DNA of 64,000 nucleotides from an uncultured Ignavibacteria bacterium (GCA_964348415.1 CAYGCR010000001.1:10639-74638); one strand, 5' to 3'; shown: positions 47,305 to 57,451, numbered from the stretch's first letter. Notes: generated by a model from the letters alone, not told the origin. Program-made: numbers and translations.

Positions 47305-48024
47305 TTACTTTCTGATTCTTAGCAGCAGATAGAAAAGCGGCTTGACTATGGGCCACCAGTCCAAAAACGGTCTGATTTTGGAGTATTTCTTCTTCGATGG
47401 GTAGATTTTAGAGACCGGCACCTCACCGAATTTGTATTTCAGCTTAAGAACCCAGAAGTGAATGTAATACTCCAGCTCATAGGTAGAAAGCCAATTCTGC
47501 CATATGTTTATCTTGGGATCATCAAACAAGGATACTTTGTATGCACGGAAGCCGTTGGTCACGTCGCTCAGCTTTCTTCGCAGCAGCACAGACCACAAAA
47601 AGGTGAAAGCTCTGATTGCAAACCTTCGCGCAAAGGGAAGATTCCCGGCCTCGCCTCCCTCTAAGTACCTGGAGCCCTGTATGTAATCATAATCCTCTTC
47701 AAAAATCGGTTTAAGGAGCCTAGGTATCTGTTTGGGGTCGTCCTTGCCGTTGCCTGCCATAACGGCTACCAGAGGAAAGCTGTTTTTTCGTGCGTAATCG
47801 ATTCCGTCTCTGATGCAGCTTCCCACCCCTTGTTTTTGCCGGTGATGGATATTCTCCACATTAAAGCTCTTTAAAACCTCCGCAGTAGCGTCGGTGGAGC
47901 CGTCGTTGACCACAAGAACCTTATCCATCTGCACCTGCTTGAACTTCTCCAGCACCGTTTTAATCCCGTTCTCTTCATTGTACACCGGAATGATCACCAG
48001 AGTTTTCACTCTTTTTTCTTCCAA
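47305..48024 (-). CDS. Glycosyltransferase family 2 (DPM1-like)
   Basis: IIPVYNE, VNDGSTD, GNGKDDP, DVTNGFRAY. Confidence 0.88.
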   Translation of the reverse strand: MEEKRVKTLVIIPVYNEENGIKTVLEKFKQVQMDKVLVVNDGSTDATAEVLKSFNVENIHHRQKQGVGSCIRDGIDYARKNSFPLVAVMAGNGKDDPKQIPRLLKPIFEEDYDYIQGSRYLEGGEAGNLPFARRFAIRAFTFLWSVLLRRKLSDVTNGFRAYKVSLFDDPKINIWQNWLSTYELEYYIHFWVLKLKYKFGEVPVSKIYPSKKKYSKIRPFLDWWPIVKPLFYLLLRIRK

Positions 48025-48230
48025 GCGCAGACTCCAGAGTGAGAGCTGATATCTATCCTTAAGTCTTGAGGCGGGATGAATTCCCGCCTCTATGTGCTGT
48101 TAAGCTTTATCGAACACACAGCAGAGCCCAGGCCTTATTGGAATTTCGGCTTTCTGAAATTTTCCGGCAAAACTAAACCTTTGCACTCCGATAAAGATGC
48201 CGCCAACGGGTTTCCCTACCCCAACTGCAC

Positions 48231-49340
48231 TTAGCCTTTTGAATAGAACTCTTTGATGCAGTCGGTCGTGTACTTTATCTGTTCCTCAGTTAGTTCGGCG
48301 AACATGGGGAGCGACAGGATCTCATCCATGCATCCCTCGGTCACCGGGAAGTCTCCCCTCTTGTATCCCAGGAAACTGTACGCCTTCTGCAGATGTATGG
48401 GTATGGGGTAATGGATGTTGGTGAAGACGCCCTTCCCTTTCAAAAAGTCCATGAGCTTCTCTCTATCCTTCACCCGCACGCAGAAGACGTGATAAACGTG
48501 CTTGGCATATGGCATCTCTTCCGGCGTGTTCACGTCTGTTCCTTCCAGGTGTTTCCGATAGATGTCGGCGTTTTTTCTTCGGGCGCGGTTCCACTTGTCC
48601 AGATGCTTCAATTTGACCGAGAGAACCGCTCCCTGAATACCTTCCAGCCGGCAGTTGTTGCCGATGTGGTCGTGATAGAATTTCTTGGGCGAACCGTGAT
48701 CCCTTAACATCCGGAGCTTCTGGGCCAGGTCATCATCGTCTGTGGTTACTGCGCCTCCTTCCCCATAGGCACCGAGGTTTTTGCCCGGGTAGAAGCTGAA
48801 ACATCCAGCCTTTGCCAGACCGCCGATTCTTTTCCCCTTGTACTCAGCTCCGTGTGCCTGACACGCGTCCTCGATGACGGTTATTCCCTTCTTTTCTGCT
48901 ATCCGGAGCACGGGATCCATGTCTGCCGGCTGCCCATACAGGTGCACGGGAATTATCGCCTTAGCTTTTTTGGTAACAGCCTTCTCCAGTTTGGCTGGAT
49001 CCATATTGTAGCTTCTATCTTCTATGTCCATAAGTACAGGCCTTGCACCGGCAAAGGAAATCGCTTCAGCCGTGGCTATGAAGGTGTTGGTCGTGGTTAT
49101 AACTTCATCTCCCTCCCCAACCTCTAACGCTTTTAATGTAAGGAGCAAAGCCGAAGTCCCCGAATTGACACCGATGCAGTGCTTCACGCCGCAGTAGTTG
49201 GCAAATTGCTGCTCGAAATCCACCACAGCTTTGCCAAGAATGAAAGCGGTGTTGGAGATGACGTCCTGAATGGCTGAGTCGATCTCCGGTTTGATGGCCT
49301 GATACTGGGCTTTCAAGTCGACGAAATTTACCTTCATCAA
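48231..49340 (-). CDS. DegT/DnrJ/EryC1/StrS PLP aminotransferase (WbpE-like)
   Basis: NSGTSAL, PVHLYGQ, IEDACQAHGA, SFYPGKNLGAYGEGG. Confidence 0.95.
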   Translation of the reverse strand: MMKVNFVDLKAQYQAIKPEIDSAIQDVISNTAFILGKAVVDFEQQFANYCGVKHCIGVNSGTSALLLTLKALEVGEGDEVITTTNTFIATAEAISFAGARPVLMDIEDRSYNMDPAKLEKAVTKKAKAIIPVHLYGQPADMDPVLRIAEKKGITVIEDACQAHGAEYKGKRIGGLAKAGCFSFYPGKNLGAYGEGGAVTTDDDDLAQKLRMLRDHGSPKKFYHDHIGNNCRLEGIQGAVLSVKLKHLDKWNRARRKNADIYRKHLEGTDVNTPEEMPYAKHVYHVFCVRVKDREKLMDFLKGKGVFTNIHYPIPIHLQKAYSFLGYKRGDFPVTEGCMDEILSLPMFAELTEEQIKYTTDCIKEFYSKG

Positions 49341-49476
49341 ATCCTCCTCGAGCTTCCTTGATGTATGATACGTTTTAGGCTAAGATACGTCATTACCCTC
49401 GAAAGTCAAGCGTTTAGTGAGTAACCTTCCCATGACCGACGCAATCACAGAGTTTGCCATTTGTTGTTATGAAAAG

Positions 49477-49504
49477 CCAGCACCCAACTTGAGTTAGGTG
49501 CTGG
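49477..49504. repeat. 28-nt palindrome, family B
   Basis: CCAGCACCCAACTTGAGTTAGGTGCTGG; near-identical copy at 58536-58563. Confidence 0.65.
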
Positions 49505-49553
49505 TTTCTCTTGTGTGCAATCCCGCAGTCCGCCTATCACAAGCTCCTTCGAA

Positions 49554-50249
49554 TCAGCCCTCCTCGTACGGCGGCCACAGGTAAGGTCTTTTGAAGGCTC
49601 CTATATAACACTCCAACTCGTCAATCTTCTTCACTACTCTGGCAGGATTTCCCACTGCCACCGAGTCTTCCGGTATATCCCCGGTCACAACCGATCCGGC
49701 ACCGATCAAAGCATTTCTTCCGATCTTGACTCCCGGACAAAGCACGGAGCCTGCTCCGATTTTCACCAGATCCCCTACCTTCACTCCGCCTCTGCATTCC
49801 TTATACTTTGGGCACAGCATGGGATGAGGGTCGTCGGTGAACACAACGTTGGGCCCGAAGAACACGTGGTCTCCCGTGGTGACCATCTCCAGAAAGCACA
49901 GGCTGTGAATTCTGACGTGGTTGCCTATCTTGTTCTCGAACTCCAGCACCGCGTTGGTTCCCACGCTAACGTCATTGCCGATAACGTTGTCTTCCCGAAT
50001 CGAGGCTCCCTGTCCGGTCTGGAAATTGTCCCCGACTCTGTTCCCCGCATAAATAGTGGTGAAGGGGCGAATCACCGCGTTCTTGCCGATAACCAGCTTA
50101 AGCTCCCCGTCCTTTTTACCCCGAGGCGGCTTGCCCAGAACGCAGGGCCCTTCGATCACCGACCCCTGGCCTATCTTCACGTTTTTGTATATGGCAACAT
50201 CTCTGGTTATCTTCACGTTTTTGAATTTTGGCTTCGCTTTCGGACTCAT
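49554..50249 (-). CDS. Hexapeptide-repeat N-acetyltransferase (WbpD-like)
   Basis: Left-handed beta-helix repeats, GPNVVFTDD, VAVGNPAR. Confidence 0.88.
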   Translation of the reverse strand: MSPKAKPKFKNVKITRDVAIYKNVKIGQGSVIEGPCVLGKPPRGKKDGELKLVIGKNAVIRPFTTIYAGNRVGDNFQTGQGASIREDNVIGNDVSVGTNAVLEFENKIGNHVRIHSLCFLEMVTTGDHVFFGPNVVFTDDPHPMLCPKYKECRGGVKVGDLVKIGAGSVLCPGVKIGRNALIGAGSVVTGDIPEDSVAVGNPARVVKKIDELECYIGAFKRPYLWPPYEEG

Positions 50250-51256
50250 ACTCTGACTACCTTCCCTTTCTGCTTCATCGATTCGGTAGCGGATTGCAGG
50301 AGCTTCACCACTCGTAGTCCAGCCACACCGTCAGTCAGGGGTTTTCTATTTTCGCTTATGCAGTCCGTGAATTCTTCGCTCACCAGTCTTAATGCTTCGG
50401 TGGTCTCCAGCTTTGGGGCCAACATGTCGCCTGATCGATACTGAACCAGCATCTGATAAACATCCTCCCTCTTCTCGTGGTAACTTACTCCCTTATCGTA
50501 GATCTTCACCTTTTCGCTGGGCTCAGTATCGTCATATATGATCATCTTCTTAGTGCCGCCGATGAGGGTCGTCCTCACCTTGGCCGGAGCCAGCCAGTTG
50601 ACGTGGATGTGGCCCAGAAGATTGCCAGGATACTGCACGGTGATATAGGCCATGTTCTCCAGATCGCCCAGGTGACATACGCCTACCGCCGAGACCATCT
50701 CCGGATCTTTTTGCAGAAGGAAGTCCATGATGGAGAAATCGTGCGGAGCCAGATCCCAGATCACGTTCACGTCGTGCTGGAAAAGTCCCAGATTCACCCG
50801 CACCGAGTCGAAGTAGTACAGATCGCCCAGCTCACCGCTTTCCACCAGCTCCTTCATCTTTCTCACCGCTCCGGTGTACAGGAAGGTGTGGTCCACCATC
50901 AGTTTTTTGTTTTTCTTTTCCGCCAGCTCGATTAGCTTCTCCGATTCTTCCACGGTCGCCGTCATGGGTTTCTCTAAGAGAACGTGTTTGTCGTTTTCCA
51001 GAGCCTCTTGGGCAGCCGGAAAGTGATTTGAAACAGGCGTTGCGATCACCACGGCGTCAATCTCGCGATCCTTCGCCAGTTCCTTGTAGTCGGTGGTGGT
51101 CTTGATGGTGGGATATCCACGCTCCACCAGAGCCAACCTGTCCTTGCTCAAATCGCAGACCTTGACGACCCTGGCGCCTTTGTTGGCATAGAAGTTGCGA
51201 ACCATGTTGGGTCCCCAGTAACCGTAACCGATAACTCCTACGTTAATCATTTTCAC
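50246..51256 (-). CDS. Gfo/Idh/MocA oxidoreductase (WbpB-like)
   Basis: VGVIGYGYWGPN, HVLLEKP, WDLAPHD. Confidence 0.92.
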   Translation of the reverse strand: MKMINVGVIGYGYWGPNMVRNFYANKGARVVKVCDLSKDRLALVERGYPTIKTTTDYKELAKDREIDAVVIATPVSNHFPAAQEALENDKHVLLEKPMTATVEESEKLIELAEKKNKKLMVDHTFLYTGAVRKMKELVESGELGDLYYFDSVRVNLGLFQHDVNVIWDLAPHDFSIMDFLLQKDPEMVSAVGVCHLGDLENMAYITVQYPGNLLGHIHVNWLAPAKVRTTLIGGTKKMIIYDDTEPSEKVKIYDKGVSYHEKREDVYQMLVQYRSGDMLAPKLETTEALRLVSEEFTDCISENRKPLTDGVAGLRVVKLLQSATESMKQKGKVVRV

Positions 51257-51349
51257 CTCTAGAGCTTGGGATATTAACAGATTGATAAAACATGCTGAAA
51301 TTAATACGAAAGGAGCTTGAAAGTCAATAACTGCAGGCTCATTTTCATT

Positions 51350-52348
51350 TCAGGCGAACAAGTCATAATTCATAAGTACTTCCTTGCTCAGAGTCGTGTA
51401 AAACGTGGTCCTTTCCGTGAGCTGTTGGGCATCAAATCCTTTCTCTCTCAGGCACTTCACAAGCTCGGCAAAACCGTGCACGGTATAGATCTTTTTGGGC
51501 TGAACCTTCCTCACGTATTCGATGAGTTCTGAGAAATCGGCGTGATCGGAGAGGGGGATAGCTGCATCTGTACCGGAGTAGAACCTTGTCCCTGCATCCA
51601 TGGCCCAACCGGTCAGTATGGCGGTTGTCTTCCGGGGTATACTCTCAACCATTCGGGATCTTCTCGACTGAGGCGGTATGATCAGCACGTCAGCGTCCAG
51701 ATTCTCGCCTCGGTAAAGCTTGTAACTTCTGAGTTTCACCCCGAACTCCTCATATATCTTTGCGATATCATAGATTCTCTGGTGCACGCTGAGCTTATAG
51801 CCCCTGTTGGACAGTATCTTCATGGCCTCCTGCGCTTTGCCCAAGGAGTACGCCAGAAAGACCGGGATTTCGCCTCTTGCCCGGGCATCTTGCACAAATT
51901 CGATCATCTGCGCCTGAACCTGTCTGGGGCGAGGAAATACATAGTGGGGACGCCCGAAGGTCGACTCCATGATGAGAATATCACATTTCTTGATCTCCGC
52001 GCTTGTTGCGGTCAAGCTTCGTCTTAGTTTAAAATCCCCGGTATAGACAATTCTGACTCCCCCTTTTTCTATTAGAATCTGGGCTCCACCCAAGATGTGA
52101 CCGGAAGGAAACAGTTCCAGCTTTACGCCATCGAATCTTCTGGGTCGGTTGTATTCCAGAGTTTTGAATTTGGCTTTTCCGTAGCGGTGCTCAAATAGCT
52201 TGGCAGTTTCCCTGGTGGCAAGGATCTCGGCATGTTTGATTGCATGATCTGCGTGGGCATGGGAAACAAAGCAGAAATTCACTTTTCTTCGGGCATCCAG
52301 CCACAAGCCTGTGCCCTTTATGTGAATTCCGTTGTCAAACTCGATCAT
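51350..52348 (-). CDS. Metallo-beta-lactamase/beta-CASP nuclease
   Basis: SHAHADH, SGHILGG, YTGDF, ESTFG, AYSLGKAQ, LSDHADF. Confidence 0.88.
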   Translation of the reverse strand: MIEFDNGIHIKGTGLWLDARRKVNFCFVSHAHADHAIKHAEILATRETAKLFEHRYGKAKFKTLEYNRPRRFDGVKLELFPSGHILGGAQILIEKGGVRIVYTGDFKLRRSLTATSAEIKKCDILIMESTFGRPHYVFPRPRQVQAQMIEFVQDARARGEIPVFLAYSLGKAQEAMKILSNRGYKLSVHQRIYDIAKIYEEFGVKLRSYKLYRGENLDADVLIIPPQSRRSRMVESIPRKTTAILTGWAMDAGTRFYSGTDAAIPLSDHADFSELIEYVRKVQPKKIYTVHGFAELVKCLREKGFDAQQLTERTTFYTTLSKEVLMNYDLFA

Positions 52349-52388
52349 AAAATATCAGACCCCTGGTTTGCCTTTGCCTGATGGCCAA

Positions 52389-52591
52389 GCGCAGGATAAA
52401 TTCCTGCGCCTATGTACGAAATTCATGGATCACTGACCGTAGGCGAGGGCATTCAGCCCCCGCCTGAAGTCCAAGCCATTCCTGAACAATCCCTTCAGAC
52501 TCAATCTTCTTCAGCGGGGCTGGGAGCCCCGCCTACGAGTACATAGATCAACTCCATCCTGATCGCAGGGCGGGCACCCTTGCCCGCCCTG
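52389..52591. repeat. Cluster of four GC-rich REP-like palindromes
   Basis: GCGCAGGA/TCCTGCGC, AGGCG/CGCCT, GCGGGGCT/AGCCCCGC, CAGGGCGGGCA/TGCCCGCCCTG; related hairpin at 48068-48090. Confidence 0.65.
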
Positions 52592-52618
52592 TGTTTACAC
52601 GTTCCTGGAGGATTTATG

Positions 52619-53107
52619 CTACCAACTCAGCTTATAGCCAATTCTCCTTAAGAACTGCTTTCTTTCTTTTACGTCTTCTTCGGTTTCCACCCTTTTGGGA
52701 ACAGAACCGTCAACCACGCCGATGATTCCTCGCCCTTGATCAGTTTCAGCGATTATCAATTGCAGAGGGTTAGCCGTGGTACAGAATATTCCCGCTACCT
52801 CCGGGCAATTCTTGATGGCGTTCAACACGTTAATAGGATAGGCATTCTTGATATAGATTATGAAGGTATGACCCGCTCCAATGTCAAAGGCACTCTGAGC
52901 GGCCAGTTTTTTCAGCTCCACATCATTTCCTTCCGACCTGACCAGGCAGGGCCCCGATGCCTCGCAAAAAGCCAGACCGAATTTTATCCCTGGCACCGAA
53001 CCAATCAAGGCTTCATATAAATCCTCCGCGGTTTTGATAAAATGAGTTTGCCCCACGATCACGTTTGTCTTTTCCGGCATGGGAACCTTGTAGACTCTGA
53101 ATTCCAT
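52619..53107 (-). CDS. DUF355 / adenosine-specific kinase family protein
   Basis: [36 protein letters not shown]. Confidence 0.88.
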   Translation of the reverse strand: MEFRVYKVPMPEKTNVIVGQTHFIKTAEDLYEALIGSVPGIKFGLAFCEASGPCLVRSEGNDVELKKLAAQSAFDIGAGHTFIIYIKNAYPINVLNAIKNCPEVAGIFCTTANPLQLIIAETDQGRGIIGVVDGSVPKRVETEEDVKERKQFLRRIGYKLSW

Positions 53108-53168
53108 ATTTCCCTCCTTATGCTAAAAGCGCATAAATTAAAAGTCCCGGATCAATGCTTCCACTTTT

Positions 53169-53498
53169 CTGTCGCGTCGGGACATTGTTATCCCGGCGCC
53201 TGGTCACCATCTACTGGGCTTAAGCATCGGGACTACAAAGTCCCGATGCAACAGAAGGCCGTATATATTAAACCGCCACCTCAACCTGTATTCCGTGTGT
53301 TCCTCCGAGCCAGCGCGATTCGAAGGTGCGAGATCAAAAGAACATTGGTCTATTAATTTAAGAGCCGAACACCAAAAGGCAAGAAAAATAAACCAGACAG
53401 GCTTGGAAGACCCTGTTGCATCGGGATATTGTTATCCCGATGCCAGGTTACTATCTATCAGGCTAGAGCATCGAGACCACAAAGTGGCGATGCGAGGG
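53169..53498. repeat. Two 86-nt double-hairpin elements (53169-53254 and 53413-53498)
   Basis: Each is built from two GCATCGGGA-N7-TCCCGATGC-type hairpins with a conserved spacer. Confidence 0.75.
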
Positions 53499-53637
53499 AA
53501 AACTCCCCCTCGGAATCGACGAGAAAGAAACAAGGGCTAGGGGCAAGGCAAACAACCATGGGATTAGAACTCCAAGCGGGACGGATTTTCTTAATGGGAG
53601 ATTTCTATAAACTCAGCGGTCACAATCGACCAATGGC

Positions 53638-54780
53638 CTACTTCTTGGCTTTCATCAGGAGGATTGTCCCCAGGACAGCAAAGAGGATGTTTGCGGACCA
53701 GGCGGCAAGAAGCGGCGGTAATATTCCCTCGTGTCCAAGAATTAAGGAACCTTTGATGACGATGTAAGAGCAGAAGGCTATGAAAAGAGTTATTGCCACG
53801 CCCACCGCCATTCCACTCCGACGAGGATTTGCAGCTATCGGTGCACCAAAAAGGACGATGAGGAAATTGATAAAAGGATAAGCAATCTTTGAATTCAGAT
53901 CGGTAACCTCTTTAAGAGTTTCGGCACCGGCCCGTTTTCTGATCTTGACATATTCGGCCAGCTCCATATACCCCATTTCCTCAGGCTGCTTTTGTCTCCG
54001 GACCAGAGCTTCGGGTTTTATCTTCAAGTCCAAGCGGAACAGCCTATCGAAAGCTTGATATCTTTCTGCAGTAGCTGGGGCAAGCGAATCCAGATCCGTC
54101 TTGCTCTGATCTTCGGAATCTGCGGATTTCATGGAGGAATCGGAAAAGACTCTTTCCACCCCGTGCTCGAAAAGCCAGCCATCGTTTCCCCAGCTTGCCT
54201 TCTTAGCCCGTATCTCCTCTTTGAGCCGGCTCTCTTGGAATCTCTGAACCAACGCGTCGGTACCGGCTTTCTTCCTGGTGTCATAACTGGCTAAATGGAA
54301 TATCCTTCCATCCTCTGCTTGAGCGAAGACATTGTGGAGTATTATATTCCTTTCGCGTCTTCCCTTTTCAATCTCAACTGCTTTGATCTCTTCCTTCTTC
54401 TGAGAGGTGTGCGGAAGGATTGTCTCGCCGAAAGCAACGGTGAAGAGGCTTATTAAAAAAGACAGGACAAACAGAGGAAGCAAGATACGGTACAAGCTTA
54501 CGCCGGCTGACTTCATGGCTGTAAGTTCATTATGCCTGGCCAATTGACCCAGGGAGAAAAGGCAGGCAAGAAGCACCGCCACAGGAAGGGCGAGAACCAA
54601 AATATAGGGAGTGTAGAAGGCGTAATACTTAATCACCAGAAACAACGGGGCCTGTTTATCGATGAACTTGTCCACATGCTCAACCAGATCCACCACCAGA
54701 AAAACAAGCCAAAAAGCTACCAAGCTGAAGATCAGAGTTAAGCTGAATTGCCGAATCAGATATCTGTCCAATATTCGCAT
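53638..54780 (-). CDS. lptG: LPS export permease LptG
   Basis: MRILDRYLIRQF, RHNELTAMKSAGVSL, AAWSANILF; start set at ATG 54780. Confidence 0.85.
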   Translation of the reverse strand: MRILDRYLIRQFSLTLIFSLVAFWLVFLVVDLVEHVDKFIDKQAPLFLVIKYYAFYTPYILVLALPVAVLLACLFSLGQLARHNELTAMKSAGVSLYRILLPLFVLSFLISLFTVAFGETILPHTSQKKEEIKAVEIEKGRRERNIILHNVFAQAEDGRIFHLASYDTRKKAGTDALVQRFQESRLKEEIRAKKASWGNDGWLFEHGVERVFSDSSMKSADSEDQSKTDLDSLAPATAERYQAFDRLFRLDLKIKPEALVRRQKQPEEMGYMELAEYVKIRKRAGAETLKEVTDLNSKIAYPFINFLIVLFGAPIAANPRRSGMAVGVAITLFIAFCSYIVIKGSLILGHEGILPPLLAAWSANILFAVLGTILLMKAKK

Positions 54781-54845
54781 ATGTTCTTGAACCTTGAAAT
54801 TCCGGAGATATTCTTTTAGACTGCCGGCGCGCGACTGCTTGGCGA

Positions 54846-56198
54846 CTACGGCTGCCGCTTGTCTCTGAATCGTGTGGCCACGAACTTTCGGGCCCATGCC
54901 CGGGGGATGAGTTTGGTTTCTCTGGCAGATTTTATCAAGATATAGATTCCGGTTCCACCGATGAGAATATTGGCTGACCACATGGCCAGAAAGGCGGGAA
55001 CGAGCTGTCTGTCCGCCAGTTCCTCACCACCAATGAGAAACGCCCAGTATAAGACGAAGAATCCCAAACTCAATGCCACTCCCACTATCCCTCCTCTTCT
55101 TGCCATTATGCCCAACGGGGCTCCCACCAGTATGAAAACCACACAAGCTCCGGCCAGAGCAAACTTCTTGTGTACCTCCACCATGAGACTGTTGATGTAT
55201 CTTCTTTTGTTCTTGACGTTTTCCTTTTCACTTAAGATCTGATTGAGGATATTGTGGTTCTCCTTGATCAGGTTGTCCAAAATAGCTTTTTCCTCAACCA
55301 TGGGATGTTTGGATTGCGCTGTCTCTGCCGTCTTATCCCAGGCCAAATTTGCTGTCTTTACGATTTTGTGCTTCGAGGCTAGTACTTCTGCCTCCAACTT
55401 CCTGACTTCATTGAGCATCTGCGCAGAGGTTTTTTCCCGGTCGGTGCGGAAACCTGACTGGGAGCGCATGAGTTTGCTCCCCACGTCATGTATGTAAATG
55501 GTCTGTCGGTCGAAGCTTATCCGGCGGTACCGCTGAGGCTCGGTTTCATCGGCTTCATGCACTTCGCCGTTGAAAAGCTTGAAAACCAGAGTATTTCCGT
55601 CAGGGGTGAATTCTACCTTGCCCTTCTCAGCTATAATGGTTCGGGGGCTGCGTCGGTTTTTTTGGTCGTATATGGTCACCCCTTCCACGTCAGAGGAATG
55701 CGGATCCACCTTTCTTATCAGGATGTGATACTCCGGAATCTCGTCGATGAACACGTTCTCCTTCAGATTCCAAGTAGGGCGCTTCTGGTGAATATCCGTG
55801 GCTAAAAGACGGGCTTTATGGTTGAGCTCAGGCAAGACCCTGTCGTTGAAAAAAATCATGCCCACACATATGACAATGGAGATGATCAAGGCAGGCAGGA
55901 TCAGACGATAAAGGCTTACTCCACTGGCTCTTAACGCGATTACTTCGTTATCCTGGGAAAGCCTTCCAAAAGCCATCAGGGTAGAGACCAAAACCGCCAT
56001 GGGAATTGCCAGAGCCAACATCCAAGCCAAGTTTAGCCCGAAAAGCTGAAGAATAGTGAATGCATTCAGGCCCTTGCCGATGATCAGTTTCAGTATCTCG
56101 ATGATGAAGTCCATAACCAGCACGAACATGATCACCGCAAGCCCAAAGAAGAAAGGCCCCACGTGTGCTCTGATAATGTATCGATGCAGTATCTTCAT
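54846..56198 (-). CDS. lptF: LPS export permease LptF
   Basis: MKILHRYII, AFGRLSQDNEVIALRASGVS, EVHKKFAL, MWSANIL. Confidence 0.85.
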   Translation of the reverse strand: MKILHRYIIRAHVGPFFFGLAVIMFVLVMDFIIEILKLIIGKGLNAFTILQLFGLNLAWMLALAIPMAVLVSTLMAFGRLSQDNEVIALRASGVSLYRLILPALIISIVICVGMIFFNDRVLPELNHKARLLATDIHQKRPTWNLKENVFIDEIPEYHILIRKVDPHSSDVEGVTIYDQKNRRSPRTIIAEKGKVEFTPDGNTLVFKLFNGEVHEADETEPQRYRRISFDRQTIYIHDVGSKLMRSQSGFRTDREKTSAQMLNEVRKLEAEVLASKHKIVKTANLAWDKTAETAQSKHPMVEEKAILDNLIKENHNILNQILSEKENVKNKRRYINSLMVEVHKKFALAGACVVFILVGAPLGIMARRGGIVGVALSLGFFVLYWAFLIGGEELADRQLVPAFLAMWSANILIGGTGIYILIKSARETKLIPRAWARKFVATRFRDKRQP

Positions 56199-56273
56199 GC
56201 CAGTGAACTCTCCTCAGTTAGTATCGGACTGGAATATAAGTCTGCCCTTTGGCCATCACAAGGATTTTTGTCC

Positions 56274-56303
56274 TTGACTTTGATGGAGCCGGTGCTCTAT
56301 ATT
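56274..56303 (+). promoter_or_regulatory. Sigma70-type promoter for yhaM-like/mreB
   Basis: TTGACT-N18-TATATT. Confidence 0.5.
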
Positions 56304-56358
56304 ATTAACTCGTAAATTTCGGGCATGTTTGAGAAAGAGTTTAAGGGCTTGATAGAGA

Positions 56359-57321
56359 ATGAAGGCTTTGTTTGTAAAGGATCTGAAACCGGGCAATCAG
56401 GTGACTGGATTCTTTGTGCTCCGCAGAAAAGACATCAAGGAGTATGACGGTCAGACCTTCCTGAAGCTTGAGTTGGGGGACAAAACCGGAAGAATAGACG
56501 GGGTGGTATGGGACAACCCGGAGCAGATTGCAGATGAAGCCCAGAGCGGTGAGATAGTAAAGATCAAAGGTTGGGTGACCACATATAAGGAGAATCCTCA
56601 GCTCAAGGTGGAGAAGCTCAGAAGAGCCAAGGACGAGGAGATCGACCTGGCCGACTTTTTGCCCGCGTCAGAGCGGAGTTTAGATTCCCTTTTTGAGGAT
56701 TTCAAAAGGGCGGTGTCTTCCGTTCAGGATCCCCACCTGAGAAGACTTCTGGAGCTTCTTTCGGAGGATTCGCCGCTTACAGAAAAGCTGAAAAAAACTC
56801 CCGGGGGCAAGCTGTGGCATCATGCTTACGTTGGCGGGCTTCTGGCACATACCTTAAAGGTGGTTCAGATCTGTGAGGAAGCGGCCAGCATGTATGAACT
56901 GGTGAACCGTGATCTTCTGATCGCGGGGGCTTTGCTTCACGACATGGGAAAGATTCACGCGTATTCGGCTAAGGGGTTTCTCGACTATACCGACGAAGGA
57001 AGACTGGTGGGACATATAGTCTCGGGGGACGAGCTGGTGGATAGGAAGATACAGATGATTGAAGACTTTCCTCCGAATCTGGCTCTTCAACTTAAGCATT
57101 TGATCCTTTCCCATCAGGGCGAATTAGAGTTCGCCTCGCCGGTGGTGCCCAAGACCATAGAAGCAATAATCCTGCATTATGCGGACGAGATGGATGCCAA
57201 GGCCGATGCTTTCGCCCATATCATAAAGACCCAAAAATCCAAGGGCAAAAAATGGAGTGATTGGGTCAGTCTCATAAACAGACATATCTATTTGGGAGAA
57301 GATGAGGTGACGGAAGAGTAG
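56359..57321 (+). CDS. OB-fold + HD-domain 3'-5' exoribonuclease (YhaM/Cbf1-like)
   Basis: N-terminal OB fold (LGDKTGRI), HHAYVGGLLAH, LLHDMGK, ILSHQG, LHYADEMDA. Confidence 0.88.
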   Translation: MKALFVKDLKPGNQVTGFFVLRRKDIKEYDGQTFLKLELGDKTGRIDGVVWDNPEQIADEAQSGEIVKIKGWVTTYKENPQLKVEKLRRAKDEEIDLADFLPASERSLDSLFEDFKRAVSSVQDPHLRRLLELLSEDSPLTEKLKKTPGGKLWHHAYVGGLLAHTLKVVQICEEAASMYELVNRDLLIAGALLHDMGKIHAYSAKGFLDYTDEGRLVGHIVSGDELVDRKIQMIEDFPPNLALQLKHLILSHQGELEFASPVVPKTIEAIILHYADEMDAKADAFAHIIKTQKSKGKKWSDWVSLINRHIYLGEDEVTEE

Positions 57322-57451
57322 CGCCACTGAAAAATCGCAAGGGCATCGAGAAAAATGCCGATAAATTCTAAAGACCGAGGTGGCGATACCTCGGGGGCGA
57401 TTTGATATTTCTCATTTTGAATCTTTTTTGACTTTGATTTTCGGAGGAACG

